Shown here: positions 1 through 8,181 of the stretch, piece after piece
Layout of the letters: each line of letters opens with the position of its first letter
Position numbering within the stretch: position 1 is the first letter of the stretch
NCBI GenBank assembly: GCA_034670305.1
Contig: JAXMNT010000077.1
Coordinates: 1 to 24,687, forward strand
Length of the DNA stretch: 24,687 nt
Source: Deltaproteobacteria bacterium
GTDB taxonomy: Bacteria; Myxococcota_A; Polyangia; Polyangiales; Houyiibacteriaceae
Direction: 5' to 3'
Translations under genes and position numbers: made by a program
Notes under the pieces: generated by a model
What the model was told of the DNA's origin: nothing
Seen by the model: only the letters and a program-made list of their open reading frames with translations
Database searches by the model: none

Positions 1-126
1 ATAGAAGCGGGCCTTCTCCTTGGGACTGAACTCGCCTGCGCCCTCGGCGATGTTGGCGACGACGGAAGTCGCAGCGCGATCGATCTGGTCTCGGAGGTGA
101 GCACGGCCTCGCGGGAGCTGCTCGGC
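1..126 (-). pseudogene. Four-helix-bundle protein (23S rRNA IVS protein / Avd-like family) fragment; N-terminus apparently missing, 3' end runs off the window
   Basis: Manual translation of the minus strand 126->1 gives [42 protein letters not shown], containing the family signature DQxxRAxxSxxxNIAEG. There is no in-frame ATG/GTG/TTG between 1 and 306; a tandem array occupies the place of the first helix. Confidence 0.75.
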
Positions 127-305
127 TTCTGCTTCGGAGTCGGCTTCGGAGTCGGCATCGGCTTCGGAGTCGGCTTCGGCGTCGGAGTCGGCTTCGGCAT
201 CGGCGTCGGAGTCGGCTTCGGAGTCGGCTTCGGAGTCGGCTTCGGAGTCGGCTTCGGCTTCGGAGTCTGCTTCGGCCTCTGCCTCTGCTTCGGAGTCGGC
301 GTCGA
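124..305. repeat. Tandem array of 6/12-bp units (GGCTTCGGAGTC; minus strand GACTCCGAAGCC)
   Basis: Directly visible degenerate tandem repeats between the DUF6265 stop codon and the four-helix-bundle fragment. Confidence 0.95.
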
Positions 306-758
306 TCAGCGCAGGTACGTCATCCGAATCGTCCGGGCGTTCTCGCCGTCCAGTCGTTCGACCCGGGCGATGAGGGTGTTGTGTTTGCGCCGGTACCGGA
401 TGCGCTGCGGATCGTCGTGGGACGGGTTCTCGAACACGACCTCCCGCCCCTGCAGCCGCACCATGGCGAACCGCACCGGCGCTTGGCCCCTGGGCGTGGC
501 CTCCAGCGTCCACACCCCCGCGATGCGCCGCAGGGTCATGCGCTCGAACACCTCCGGCGCATCGGTCCCGGATGGGCGCTCGCCCCACCCGACGAAGTGT
601 TCGCCTTCCAGCTTCCAGTGTTCGTCGAAGTGGCCGGTCTCGCTTCGCCATTGCCCCAGCAGCCAGCTCAGTTCCCCTGCATGAACCGGCGTCGGCTGGG
701 AGGGCGCGCCGCCACACCCCAGCGCGAGCGCGAGCAGCAAGAGCGCCGGCCCTCTCAC
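306..758 (-). CDS. DUF6265-like lipoprotein
   Basis: C-terminal part of ORF 306..1799. Lipobox LALGC; motifs LSWLLGQW and VFENPSHDDPQRIRY. GTG at 758 overlaps the upstream TGA (GTGA); alternative ATG at 767. Confidence 0.75.
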   Translation of the reverse strand: MRGPALLLLALALGCGGAPSQPTPVHAGELSWLLGQWRSETGHFDEHWKLEGEHFVGWGERPSGTDAPEVFERMTLRRIAGVWTLEATPRGQAPVRFAMVRLQGREVVFENPSHDDPQRIRYRRKHNTLIARVERLDGENARTIRMTYLR

Positions 759-1723
759 TCCCAGCATCCGATCCACCGGCTGCCATCGAGGTCGAGGTTG
801 GCGATGGCGGTGGAGAGCCCGAGCGCGGTGGTGCGCCCGCACACTCGGCCCGTGAGCGCGGCGCCGCCGTACTCGACGTGGAACACCGCCTTGCCGGCGT
901 CGATGAAGACGTCGTAGCCGCCGCACTCGTCGTACTCGTCGCATTGTTCGTTGAGCGCCCAGTCGAACAGGGGCTCGAGTGCGTCGAGTTGGTCGACGTC
1001 GTTCTTCAGACCGATCGACAGTCCCCGGGCGTGCGCTTCGTTGGCGAGGAAGGTCAGAAAATCGATCTGGTCCGCGGCCCGCAGCGGGAACCCGGTGTCG
1101 TTGGTGTAGCCATCCACGTTGTCCGGTTCGACCGCGTCGCATCCGCGGGCCCGCGCGAGATCGAGACGCGCGACCAGCACCGCGCGTGCCCCCGGATGCC
1201 GCACATCGAGCCAGCGCTCGCCCGCCCACCCATCGAGCGGTTCGCCGAGCGCCGCGGCGGGGAAGTCGCCCGCGTCGCTTCGCCACTCTTCGTACGAACC
1301 CGCGCTGAAGTAACAGATGACCGTCCGTCCGGCGTCCTGCAGCGCGGTGATCACCCGGTCTGGCGCGTCGAAGAGATCGATGTCGTACGCCTGCACGTCG
1401 CGCGTGGTGTCGATCGTGCCCTGCAGCTGCCAATACCAGGTCGTGCCCGGCGCCGGTCGCCACGGATCGGTACCGCCTCCCGCATCGACGCCGGGCGCAT
1501 CGACCCCGGGCGCATCGACCCCGGGCGCATCGACCCCGGGCGCATCGACCCCAGGCGCATCCAGTCCGGGCGCATCCAGTCCGGGCGCATCCAGTCCGGG
1601 CGCATCCAGTCCGGGCGCATCGGCACCCGGTGCGTCGATCCCCGCATCGCGGCCCGGCGCAGAGTCGTCCCCGCACGCGACCCCGAACCCCACTACGCAG
1701 ACAAAGAGCAGCCGACCCATCAT
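755..1723 (-). CDS. GH114 endo-alpha-1,4-polygalactosaminidase-like lipoprotein with DAPG(L/V) linker repeats
   Basis: Lipobox GVAC-GDD; GH114 motifs WYWQL, CYFSAGSYEEWRSD, AVEPDNVD, GLKND, ALNEQC, VFHVEY. Confidence 0.9.
   Translation of the reverse strand: MMGRLLFVCVVGFGVACGDDSAPGRDAGIDAPGADAPGLDAPGLDAPGLDAPGLDAPGVDAPGVDAPGVDAPGVDAPGVDAGGGTDPWRPAPGTTWYWQLQGTIDTTRDVQAYDIDLFDAPDRVITALQDAGRTVICYFSAGSYEEWRSDAGDFPAAALGEPLDGWAGERWLDVRHPGARAVLVARLDLARARGCDAVEPDNVDGYTNDTGFPLRAADQIDFLTFLANEAHARGLSIGLKNDVDQLDALEPLFDWALNEQCDEYDECGGYDVFIDAGKAVFHVEYGGAALTGRVCGRTTALGLSTAIANLDLDGSRWIGCWE
1481..1640 (-). repeat. 15-bp in-frame tandem repeat (about 10 copies) encoding DAPG(L/V)
   Basis: Units GGCGCATCCAGTCCG / GGCGCATCGACCCCG. 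Confidence 0.95.
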
Positions 1724-1810
1724 GCGCGCACTGTACGCCAAACCGGCGCGCTCCGATCATGTCGGCGCTTGGCCTCGCGAGGACCGGTCGGGGATGCAAG
1801 GCTGGGTGGG

Positions 1811-2638
1811 ATGTCTGCCCCCGCGTCCCTCACCCGTTCCCGGATGGGTCCGTCTCGATTTCTCGCGCTCGCCATCCTCCTCTCGGCGACGGGTCTGCTC
1901 GTCGCGTACTGGATGACGACGGTCCGCGCCGCGGAGCCCACTTTGAGTCTCGCGCTCGTCGCCGGGGGCGTGGCGGCGGTCGCGGTCGCGTGGGCCAACT
2001 ACCGGGAACGCATTGTCATCGGGCGCATCGTCGCAGCGCTGCGGGATCCGGAGCGGCGCGACGGCGCGATCGCGGAACTCCGCAGGAAGGTCGACCGCGC
2101 GTTTCAGGCGCGCGACATCGGCGCGATCGAAGACGCGCTCCGCTTCGCGATCGAACCGCTCGTCATCACGGGCTTCTGGGACGACGTCGCGGCCTTCGCC
2201 TCCCGCGCGACGCCCGACCACGTGCGCCCCGCGTTCGCCCGGTGGCTCGCCGGTGTGCACGCGCTCGCGGAGCTTCATCGGGGCGAACTGGACGAAGCCG
2301 AAGCGGCGCTGGCGGCGGTCGAGATCGAAGGCAGCTGGCTGCTCGCGGTCGACGCGTTGCGGCTCGCGGTGCAGGGCGACGGCGAGGCGGCGCTCGCGCG
2401 CCTCGGACCGCTTCCGATGAAGAAGATGGGACTCGCGGCGCGCTTTCAGCGAGACCTGGCCCAGGTTCATGCGTGGGTCGCGGTGGGTCGGCGCGACGAA
2501 GCCCGCACGTTGCTGGAAGCGGCGCTCGAACGGAAGGACCAGCCCTTCCTCGATGCGGTGGTGCGGCTCGAGGGCCCCGCTTCGCCGCTCGCGCGTTCGG
2601 TGCTCGCCGGTACCGGCGCCGGTCCGTTCCGAAGCTGA
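1811..2638 (+). CDS. Hypothetical membrane protein, two N-terminal TM helices plus a helical (TPR-like) domain
   Basis: C-terminal part of ORF 572..2638; two hydrophobic segments followed by Ala/Leu-rich amphipathic helices. Start 1811 or 1844. Confidence 0.65.
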   Translation: MSAPASLTRSRMGPSRFLALAILLSATGLLVAYWMTTVRAAEPTLSLALVAGGVAAVAVAWANYRERIVIGRIVAALRDPERRDGAIAELRRKVDRAFQARDIGAIEDALRFAIEPLVITGFWDDVAAFASRATPDHVRPAFARWLAGVHALAELHRGELDEAEAALAAVEIEGSWLLAVDALRLAVQGDGEAALARLGPLPMKKMGLAARFQRDLAQVHAWVAVGRRDEARTLLEAALERKDQPFLDAVVRLEGPASPLARSVLAGTGAGPFRS

Positions 2639-2752
2639 CGGCTCTGCCATTGCGGGCCTGGCCAGCTGGCGCCCCTGTGCCTCTTGTGACGAATGGAGTC
2701 CCGTCTGGATCGCGACACCAAGCGGCCACCGCCACTCACTTCGCGAGACTGG

Positions 2753-3061
2753 CTACTGTTGGGTGCACTCGGCGCGGGGCTGGAATGCGCTCGCGGGGCT
2801 CCCGGACCGAGTGACGACCCGCTCGGTCTGCCCGGCGGCGACCGTCACCGACTGCCACGCCGGGTCCACGTCGGTCGCGACGCGGCACCGGACCGCGGCC
2901 CCGCATTGGTTCTGCACCACGACGATGTGGGTGTACCCGTAGCCGCGGTAGGGCGCCTCGCGTCCGACGTCGACGCAGTCGGGGACGTTGACCTGTGCGA
3001 AGGCGGTCCAAGGCAGAACGAGGGCGGAGAGGATCGTGAACAGGCACAGGCGGGCGCGCAT
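2753..3061 (-). CDS. Small secreted protein with four mature-chain Cys
   Basis: Signal peptide ending AFA-Q; beta-rich mature region with Cys in PDCV, NQCG, VRCR, AECT. Confidence 0.7.
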   Translation of the reverse strand: MRARLCLFTILSALVLPWTAFAQVNVPDCVDVGREAPYRGYGYTHIVVVQNQCGAAVRCRVATDVDPAWQSVTVAAGQTERVVTRSGSPASAFQPRAECTQQ

Positions 3062-3155
3062 GCCAAGAGCGTTGCGGCTTCGGACGTGCCACGCAAATTC
3101 TCGTCGGCTGAGGCGCGCCATCGCGCTTGGGTTCGGTCGGAGGATCGGATCCGTG

Positions 3156-3440
3156 TCAGTGTCCGAGCGCGTCGCACGCGGTGGTGCTCCCCGCGTAACA
3201 CGCCGCTTCCAGCTCGCCGCGGGTCATGGCTTCGATGTCGCGCTCGCTGACCGAAGGCGGTGCCTCTTGCTCGTCGAACACTTCGTCTTCCTCGTCTTCG
3301 ACCGGCACTTCGCGCGCCGTCTCGACCTGGACCGGTTCGGGCGCACTCGTCTCCACCGGTGCCTCGGGCCCACACGCGAGCACGCTGAACACACACGGGA
3401 AGAGCAGGGGGGTCAGGGACCGCCTGATGAGACGCGACAT
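3156..3440 (-). CDS. Small acidic lipoprotein with C-terminal C-x7-C
   Basis: Lipobox VLAC, acidic linker, AACYAGSTTACDALGH; TATGCT box 6 nt upstream of the ATG. Confidence 0.65.
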   Translation of the reverse strand: MSRLIRRSLTPLLFPCVFSVLACGPEAPVETSAPEPVQVETAREVPVEDEEDEVFDEQEAPPSVSERDIEAMTRGELEAACYAGSTTACDALGH

Positions 3441-3481
3441 CTCGGCAGCATAGCCCCGCGCCGCGGGACGTCCTCCCTCAA

Positions 3482-3597
3482 AAGCAGTGTTGTCTGGTCG
3501 AAACGCAGTGTTGCCTGGTCGAAACGCAGTGGCTCGCCGATCGAAACGCAGTGTTGCCTGGTCGAAACGCAGTGTTGCCTGGTCGAAACGCAGTGTT
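3482..3597. repeat. Intergenic 21-bp tandem array, unit TCGAAACGCAGTGTTGCCTGG (about 5.5 copies)
   Basis: Units start at 3498, 3519 (22-bp variant), 3541, 3562 and 3583 (partial), with a partial unit at 3482. Confidence 0.95.
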
Positions 3598-3613
3598 CTC
3601 GGCGAGTCGCGAC

Positions 3614-4516
3614 CTACTCGGGCGTCGCGAGGTCGGCCCACACGCCGAAGTGGTCCGACGCGAAGACCGGCACCTCCGCATCGAAGCAGAGCCCAACCTT
3701 CACGGGGCGCCCAGGGATGACCCGGGGTCGCGCGCTCGGTCCCGACACGTGCGGTCCGCGCACGAAGAGGTAGTCGATGCGCCTCGGGGGCTCGGGGTAC
3801 TGGGCCGCGAACGGATTGCGCACCGGGTCGAACGTGCACCCCTCGTCTTCGCGGTCGGTCCGGTACGCCCATGTGTCCGCGAACCGCACGCTGCGCGGCG
3901 AACCAAGGCGCGTGTGCCCGTTGAGAAAACGTATCTCATCGCTCTGCGGTTCCGCATTGAGGTCGCCCATCAGCAGCGGCGGGAAGCGGCCGTCTTCCGG
4001 CGCCCGCTCTTCGATGATCCGTGCGATCTCCTGGACCTGCGTCTCGCGCACCCAGCCTTCGTCGAGTTTCCAGTTGAGGTGGGTGACGAACGCATCCACC
4101 GACCCGTGCGGCGTCTCGACCACTGCGTGCAGCAGGGTCCGGGTCTGGTCGCTGACGTCGTCGCCGGGCAGCGGCAGCACGGCGTGGTGCCGGATCGGCC
4201 AGCGGCTGACGATCGAGTTGCCGAACCAAAGCTTCGGAGCGCTGGCGCCGCCCATGAACGACTTGGACATGTCGTGGCTCGGCCCATAGACGGAGTGCCA
4301 GTCGTCGTCGGGCCAGTTGGCGGGACGCAGTTCGTCGCACTGGTTCATCGGCGGGCCGCCCTTCGGTCGCAACTCGAGGACCTCTTGAAGTCCCAGGATG
4401 TCCGGTTGCAGTGCGTCGAGTTGGGCGCGCACGCTCTTCATGCGCTCCGCCCACGGCCCGCTCTTGTTCCAGATGTTGAGCGTGGCCACTCGGAGCAGCG
4501 AAGGATCTCGTTTCAT
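3614..4516 (-). CDS. Endonuclease/exonuclease/phosphatase (EEP) family protein
   Basis: Motifs RVATLNIW, DILGLQEV, GNSIVSR, VTHL, MGDLNAEP, RIDYLF, ASDHFGV; no signal peptide. Confidence 0.92.
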   Translation of the reverse strand: MKRDPSLLRVATLNIWNKSGPWAERMKSVRAQLDALQPDILGLQEVLELRPKGGPPMNQCDELRPANWPDDDWHSVYGPSHDMSKSFMGGASAPKLWFGNSIVSRWPIRHHAVLPLPGDDVSDQTRTLLHAVVETPHGSVDAFVTHLNWKLDEGWVRETQVQEIARIIEERAPEDGRFPPLLMGDLNAEPQSDEIRFLNGHTRLGSPRSVRFADTWAYRTDREDEGCTFDPVRNPFAAQYPEPPRRIDYLFVRGPHVSGPSARPRVIPGRPVKVGLCFDAEVPVFASDHFGVWADLATPE

Positions 4517-4520
4517 GCGT

Positions 4521-5693
4521 TCACGCCTCGCTGCTGCGCGCGGTGCGCACCCACTCCTGGTCTTCCTTCGCCGCGCGCGCGATCGAAGGAAGGAGCTTGG
4601 CCTTCCACAGGACGTAGAGGGGTGCGCGGGCAAGCGCCTTCACGTCCCCGCGGGTCGCCCCACCGACCGCCAATGCAGCCAAGACGTGGGCGCCGATGAC
4701 CCCGAGACCGGCCAGCGCGTAGAGCTGGCTCGGCGGGAACGGAACGAAGAGCAACACGGTGAGGCCGCCCACCTGCATCGCCAGCGGCAGCAGCAAGAGT
4801 TCGAGCAGGGGCTCGGTCAGCGACAGCCGTCCGCGCAACACCTCGCCGAGCAGCTTCGGCGCGTGCTCTCGAATCATGCGCATGCGGCCACCCTCCCAGC
4901 GCGCGCGTTGGGTGTCCGCGCCGGCGTCGCCGACCGGAAAGTCGGCCCGGACCGAGGTCTCGTCCATGAACTCGACCCGGAACCCTTGGCGGACGAGCTC
5001 CAGGTGGTGCTCCAGATCTTCGACCACCGAGCGCGCTGTGTAGGGCACCGCTTCGAGGCAACGGCGGGAGAGCCCGAACCCGTTGCCCAGGATGCCGGCG
5101 CTCAACCCGAGCCTCGCCCGGCCGCGGGGGCGGAGCACGTTGAAGGCCATCAGCGCGACGTTCATCAGCCGCGTCTTCTCCGACGCATCCGCGTTGAGCA
5201 CGGTGTATCGGGACTGCACCGCGTCGGCGCCCGCGGCGAACCAGCGCTCGGACGTGGTGAGGAAGTCCACGTCGACTTCGGTGTCGGCATCGACGACCAG
5301 CACGGCGTCCAGATCGGCGTGGGCGGCGAGCAGCGTGTCGAACGCGAGCTCCAGCGCGTACCCCTTGCCGCGGCGTTCGGCGTCGTTGCGTTCCAGAACC
5401 TCTGCGCCCGCCAAGCGGGCCGCGCCTGCGGTGTCGTCGCTGCAGTTGTCTGCGACGACGAGCAGGGTGACGTTCGCGCGCGGTCGGTCGCAGCCGAGCA
5501 AGCTCTGCACGCAGCGGGCGATGCCGTGCGCTTCGTTGTGGGCGGGCACGACGATCGCGACGCGCCGAAGCCCTTCTCCCGTGACTCGGGCGCGCCGCGC
5601 CGGCAGCAGGCCCGCCCCGGTCAGGAGCGCCAGTTCGACCGTTCCGGGCAGCGTGAGAAGCGCACCCCCCACACCCACGAAAGACAACAGCAT
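4521..5693 (-). CDS. GT2 glycosyltransferase, CESA-like with TM helices
   Basis: VPAHNEA, ADNCSD, GKGYAL, VDAD, VEDLE and QRARW (D,D,D,QxxRW) motifs; hydrophobic N- and C-terminal segments. Confidence 0.92.
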   Translation of the reverse strand: MLLSFVGVGGALLTLPGTVELALLTGAGLLPARRARVTGEGLRRVAIVVPAHNEAHGIARCVQSLLGCDRPRANVTLLVVADNCSDDTAGAARLAGAEVLERNDAERRGKGYALELAFDTLLAAHADLDAVLVVDADTEVDVDFLTTSERWFAAGADAVQSRYTVLNADASEKTRLMNVALMAFNVLRPRGRARLGLSAGILGNGFGLSRRCLEAVPYTARSVVEDLEHHLELVRQGFRVEFMDETSVRADFPVGDAGADTQRARWEGGRMRMIREHAPKLLGEVLRGRLSLTEPLLELLLLPLAMQVGGLTVLLFVPFPPSQLYALAGLGVIGAHVLAALAVGGATRGDVKALARAPLYVLWKAKLLPSIARAAKEDQEWVRTARSSEA

Positions 5694-5741
5694 GCCGGCG
5701 TGATAGCAGTCCCGAAGCCACGGGCCACCGCTGGCCCGAAG

Positions 5742-5796
5742 CCCCTGCCCGAAGCAGCCCGTGCCCGTGCCCTTGCCCTTGCCCCTGCCCTTGCCC
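5742..5796. repeat. (CCCTTG/CCCGTG/CCCCTG)n hexamer array; G-tract-rich on the minus strand
   Basis: GCCCGTGCCCGTGCCCTTGCCCTTGCCCCTGCCCTTGCCC, preceded by hairpin CGGGCCA-CCGC-TGGCCCG (5721-5738). Confidence 0.9.
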
Positions 5797-5816
5797 TAGT
5801 TCTCCTGCTCCACGCA

Positions 5817-5909
5817 ACCGCGACCGCTCCCGCTTCCGCTTCCGCGACCGCTTCCGCTTCCGCTTCCGCTTCCGCTTCCGCTTCCGCTTCCGCTTCCGCT
5901 TCCGCTTCC
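5817..5909. repeat. (GCTTCC)n hexamer array with GCGACC variants (reverse complement of GCGGAA/GCGGTC)
   Basis: Direct reading; lies between divergent genes and ends about 12 nt before the ATG at 5922. Confidence 0.95.
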
Positions 5910-5921
5910 TCCTTCTTCACG

Positions 5922-6428
5922 ATGTTCTCTCCGACCGGACGCTGGCTGCTCATCGCGATGACCCTCGGCGTGGGGGTGCATCTTCTGCGCACCGGTGCGT
6001 GGACCGGGACGATCTTCCTCGCGTCGGCGACGCTCTTGATGGCCGGTCACTGGCTCTACGGGTCGGTCCGCGCCGCGTTCATCGCGTTGCGCCGCGGTGA
6101 CATGAGCCGCGCGGCGTCGCTCATCGAACGCACCCCGACTCGGTTTCTCACCCGCGAGAGCCGCGCGTACCGGAACTGGATTCTCGCGGCGCTCGCCGAA
6201 GCGCGCGGACAGATCGAGGCCGCGGTCGAACACCTCGAGCAGACCGTGGCACTCGGGCTGCGCACGAAGAACGATCGCATCCTCGCCCTCGGCACGTTGG
6301 CCGCGCTGCTCGCACGCAAGGGCGACCTGGATGCGGCGCGCGCACGGCTCACCGAGGCCGAGGCGCTCGGTCCCACCGAACGACAGAAGGCGCTGCTCGA
6401 AAAGGTGCGCACCACGCTCGATTCTTGA
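5922..6428 (+). CDS. Membrane-anchored TPR-like protein
   Basis: C-terminus of ORF 4398..6428; two hydrophobic segments, then TPR-like helices (LAEARGQIEAAVEHLE, LARKGDLDAARARL). Confidence 0.75.
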   Translation: MFSPTGRWLLIAMTLGVGVHLLRTGAWTGTIFLASATLLMAGHWLYGSVRAAFIALRRGDMSRAASLIERTPTRFLTRESRAYRNWILAALAEARGQIEAAVEHLEQTVALGLRTKNDRILALGTLAALLARKGDLDAARARLTEAEALGPTERQKALLEKVRTTLDS

Positions 6429-6492
6429 GCGGCATTCGCCGCCTTTGCGTTGCCCACGCCTCCATGACAGCGTCCCGGCCGGAGGGCGTCGC

Positions 6493-8181
6493 ATGTCTCA
6501 CTGGTCGCGTGGTTGGTTCGTGGTGTGTCTCGGGTTCGGGTTGGCGTGTGGCGATGACGATTCGTCCACGATGGACGCTGCCATGGAAGACGCCGCCACC
6601 GTGGACGCGCCGATGGGCGTGGACGCGCCGATGGGCGTGGACGCACCGATGGGCGTGGACGCGCCGATGGGCATGGACGCGCCGATGGGCATGGACGCGC
6701 CGATGGACCTGGACGCCGGCACCGACGCGCCGTCGGTCGACGCTGGTCCGGTCGGTGGCGGCGCAGCGACGTCCGCACAGATCCTCACTGTCCGAGAAGC
6801 GGCCGAAGGCACGCACGATCCCGCGCTGCCCGTGGACGACGCGGTGGTCACGTTCGTGCGGCCGACCCTGGGCAGCGACCCGGCTGGGTTCTTCCTCCAA
6901 GCCGAACAGACAGGACCGGCGGTGTTCGTCGCGATCGATCCGCTGGCGTTGACCCCTTCGCCCGAAGTCGGCGACGTGGTGGGCGTGATCGTCACCGAAA
7001 CGGAGGTCGTAGGCAGCCAGGTCCGCGTGACCGCACTCGGCGGGGTGACCGTGGAGAGCAGCGGCCACGACGTCGGCTTCCTCGTGCAAGACCTGAGCGA
7101 CGCGCTCGACGCCGACATGCCGGATCGGTACGAGAGCGAACTCGTCACGGTGACGGGCACCCTCGGCGCCTTGGGCGGCGGCGGACCCGGCCACGTGCGC
7201 GCGACCCTCGTCACCGAAGTGCTCGACAGCCCGAACTTCGTCTTCCGAGCCGGCAACGCCGACTTCGACGCCGCGGGCCTGAGCACGGGCTGCGACGTGA
7301 CGGTCGGACCTTCGCCGATCTGGCGCTTCGCCAGCACCACTCAGGCGCAGGCGTACCGCTTCACCGACATCGTGGTGGAGAGCTGCCCCGCGCCGACCGT
7401 GGTGAGCGCGACCGCGATCGACAACACGACGGTGCGGGTCGTCTTCAGCAGCCCCCTCGATCCGGCCAGCGTGGCGGTGGGCGACTTCGCCTTCACCGGT
7501 GGCCTCTCGCCGAGTGGGGTGGTGGTCGACCGCAACGAAGTGACGGTCACGGTCAGCGCGATGACCGACGCGGTGGACTACACGGTCACCGCGACGGGGG
7601 TCGACGATCTGCTCGGCACCACCATCGCCGGCATGAACACCGCGATGTTCCTCGGCGTCGGCGCCGGCGATCCGGTGCCGGTCTTCACCGAGTACGTCGA
7701 AGGCTCGAGCAACAACAAGGCGCTCGAGATCACCAACGTCGGCACCCGCGCGCTCGAACTCTCGACCTGCGAGATCGTGCTCACCTCGGACTCGGGCACC
7801 GAACGACGGCACACGCTCGCGGCGGGACGTCTCGCAGTGGGGGCCCAGCACGTGCTCTGCCACGCGTCGTCGTCGGCGCCGTTGCTCGCTGTGTGTGACG
7901 AGGTCGACAGCACGCCGGTGAACTTCAACGGCAACGACGCGGTCGAGATCTACTGCGGCGGCGTGCTCTTCGACAGCATCGGTCAGGTCGGTGTGGACCC
8001 CGGCGTCGAGTGGGGGGACGCCTCGGTCGGCACGCAGAACCAGACCCTGCGCCGGACCGACTGCAGCATCACGAGCGGGGACACCAACAGCGGCGATGCG
8101 TTCGTTCCGGCGGACGAGTGGACCGGCTCGACGCTCGACGACTTCGGCGGCCTCGGCAACCGAAGGGAGTGTGTGGGATGA
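6493..8181 (+). CDS. Surface lipoprotein: DAPMG(V/M) linker, OB-fold-like region, Ig-like domain, C-terminal lamin tail domain
   Basis: GGAGG at 6481; lipobox GLAC-GDD; GFFLQ...VGDVV and YESELVTV motifs like the accessory regions of extracellular nucleases; TVRVVFSSPLD Ig-like segment; FTEYVEGSSNNKALEITN...FNGNDAV lamin-tail motif. Confidence 0.8.
   Translation: MSHWSRGWFVVCLGFGLACGDDDSSTMDAAMEDAATVDAPMGVDAPMGVDAPMGVDAPMGMDAPMGMDAPMDLDAGTDAPSVDAGPVGGGAATSAQILTVREAAEGTHDPALPVDDAVVTFVRPTLGSDPAGFFLQAEQTGPAVFVAIDPLALTPSPEVGDVVGVIVTETEVVGSQVRVTALGGVTVESSGHDVGFLVQDLSDALDADMPDRYESELVTVTGTLGALGGGGPGHVRATLVTEVLDSPNFVFRAGNADFDAAGLSTGCDVTVGPSPIWRFASTTQAQAYRFTDIVVESCPAPTVVSATAIDNTTVRVVFSSPLDPASVAVGDFAFTGGLSPSGVVVDRNEVTVTVSAMTDAVDYTVTATGVDDLLGTTIAGMNTAMFLGVGAGDPVPVFTEYVEGSSNNKALEITNVGTRALELSTCEIVLTSDSGTERRHTLAAGRLAVGAQHVLCHASSSAPLLAVCDEVDSTPVNFNGNDAVEIYCGGVLFDSIGQVGVDPGVEWGDASVGTQNQTLRRTDCSITSGDTNSGDAFVPADEWTGSTLDDFGGLGNRRECVG
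6601..6708 (+). repeat. 18-bp in-frame tandem repeat x6 encoding (V/M)DAPMG
   Basis: Unit GTGGACGCGCCGATGGGC. Confidence 0.95.

Noticed and set aside
1-305. Diversity-generating retroelement, suggested by the Avd-like fold
   Set aside because: No reverse transcriptase and no TR/VR pair differing at adenines is visible in this window.
97-684. Plus-strand GFGV-repeat ORF
   Set aside because: It is the antisense reading of the tandem array and of the DUF6265 gene.
2644-2656. 13-bp match CTGCCATTGCGGG shared with 21154-21166
   Set aside because: Matches of this length are expected by chance in about 25 kb of GC-rich sequence, and the flanks do not align.
3482-3597. CRISPR array (repeats contain GAAAC)
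   Set aside because: Units are head-to-tail with no unique spacers, and no cas genes are in the window.
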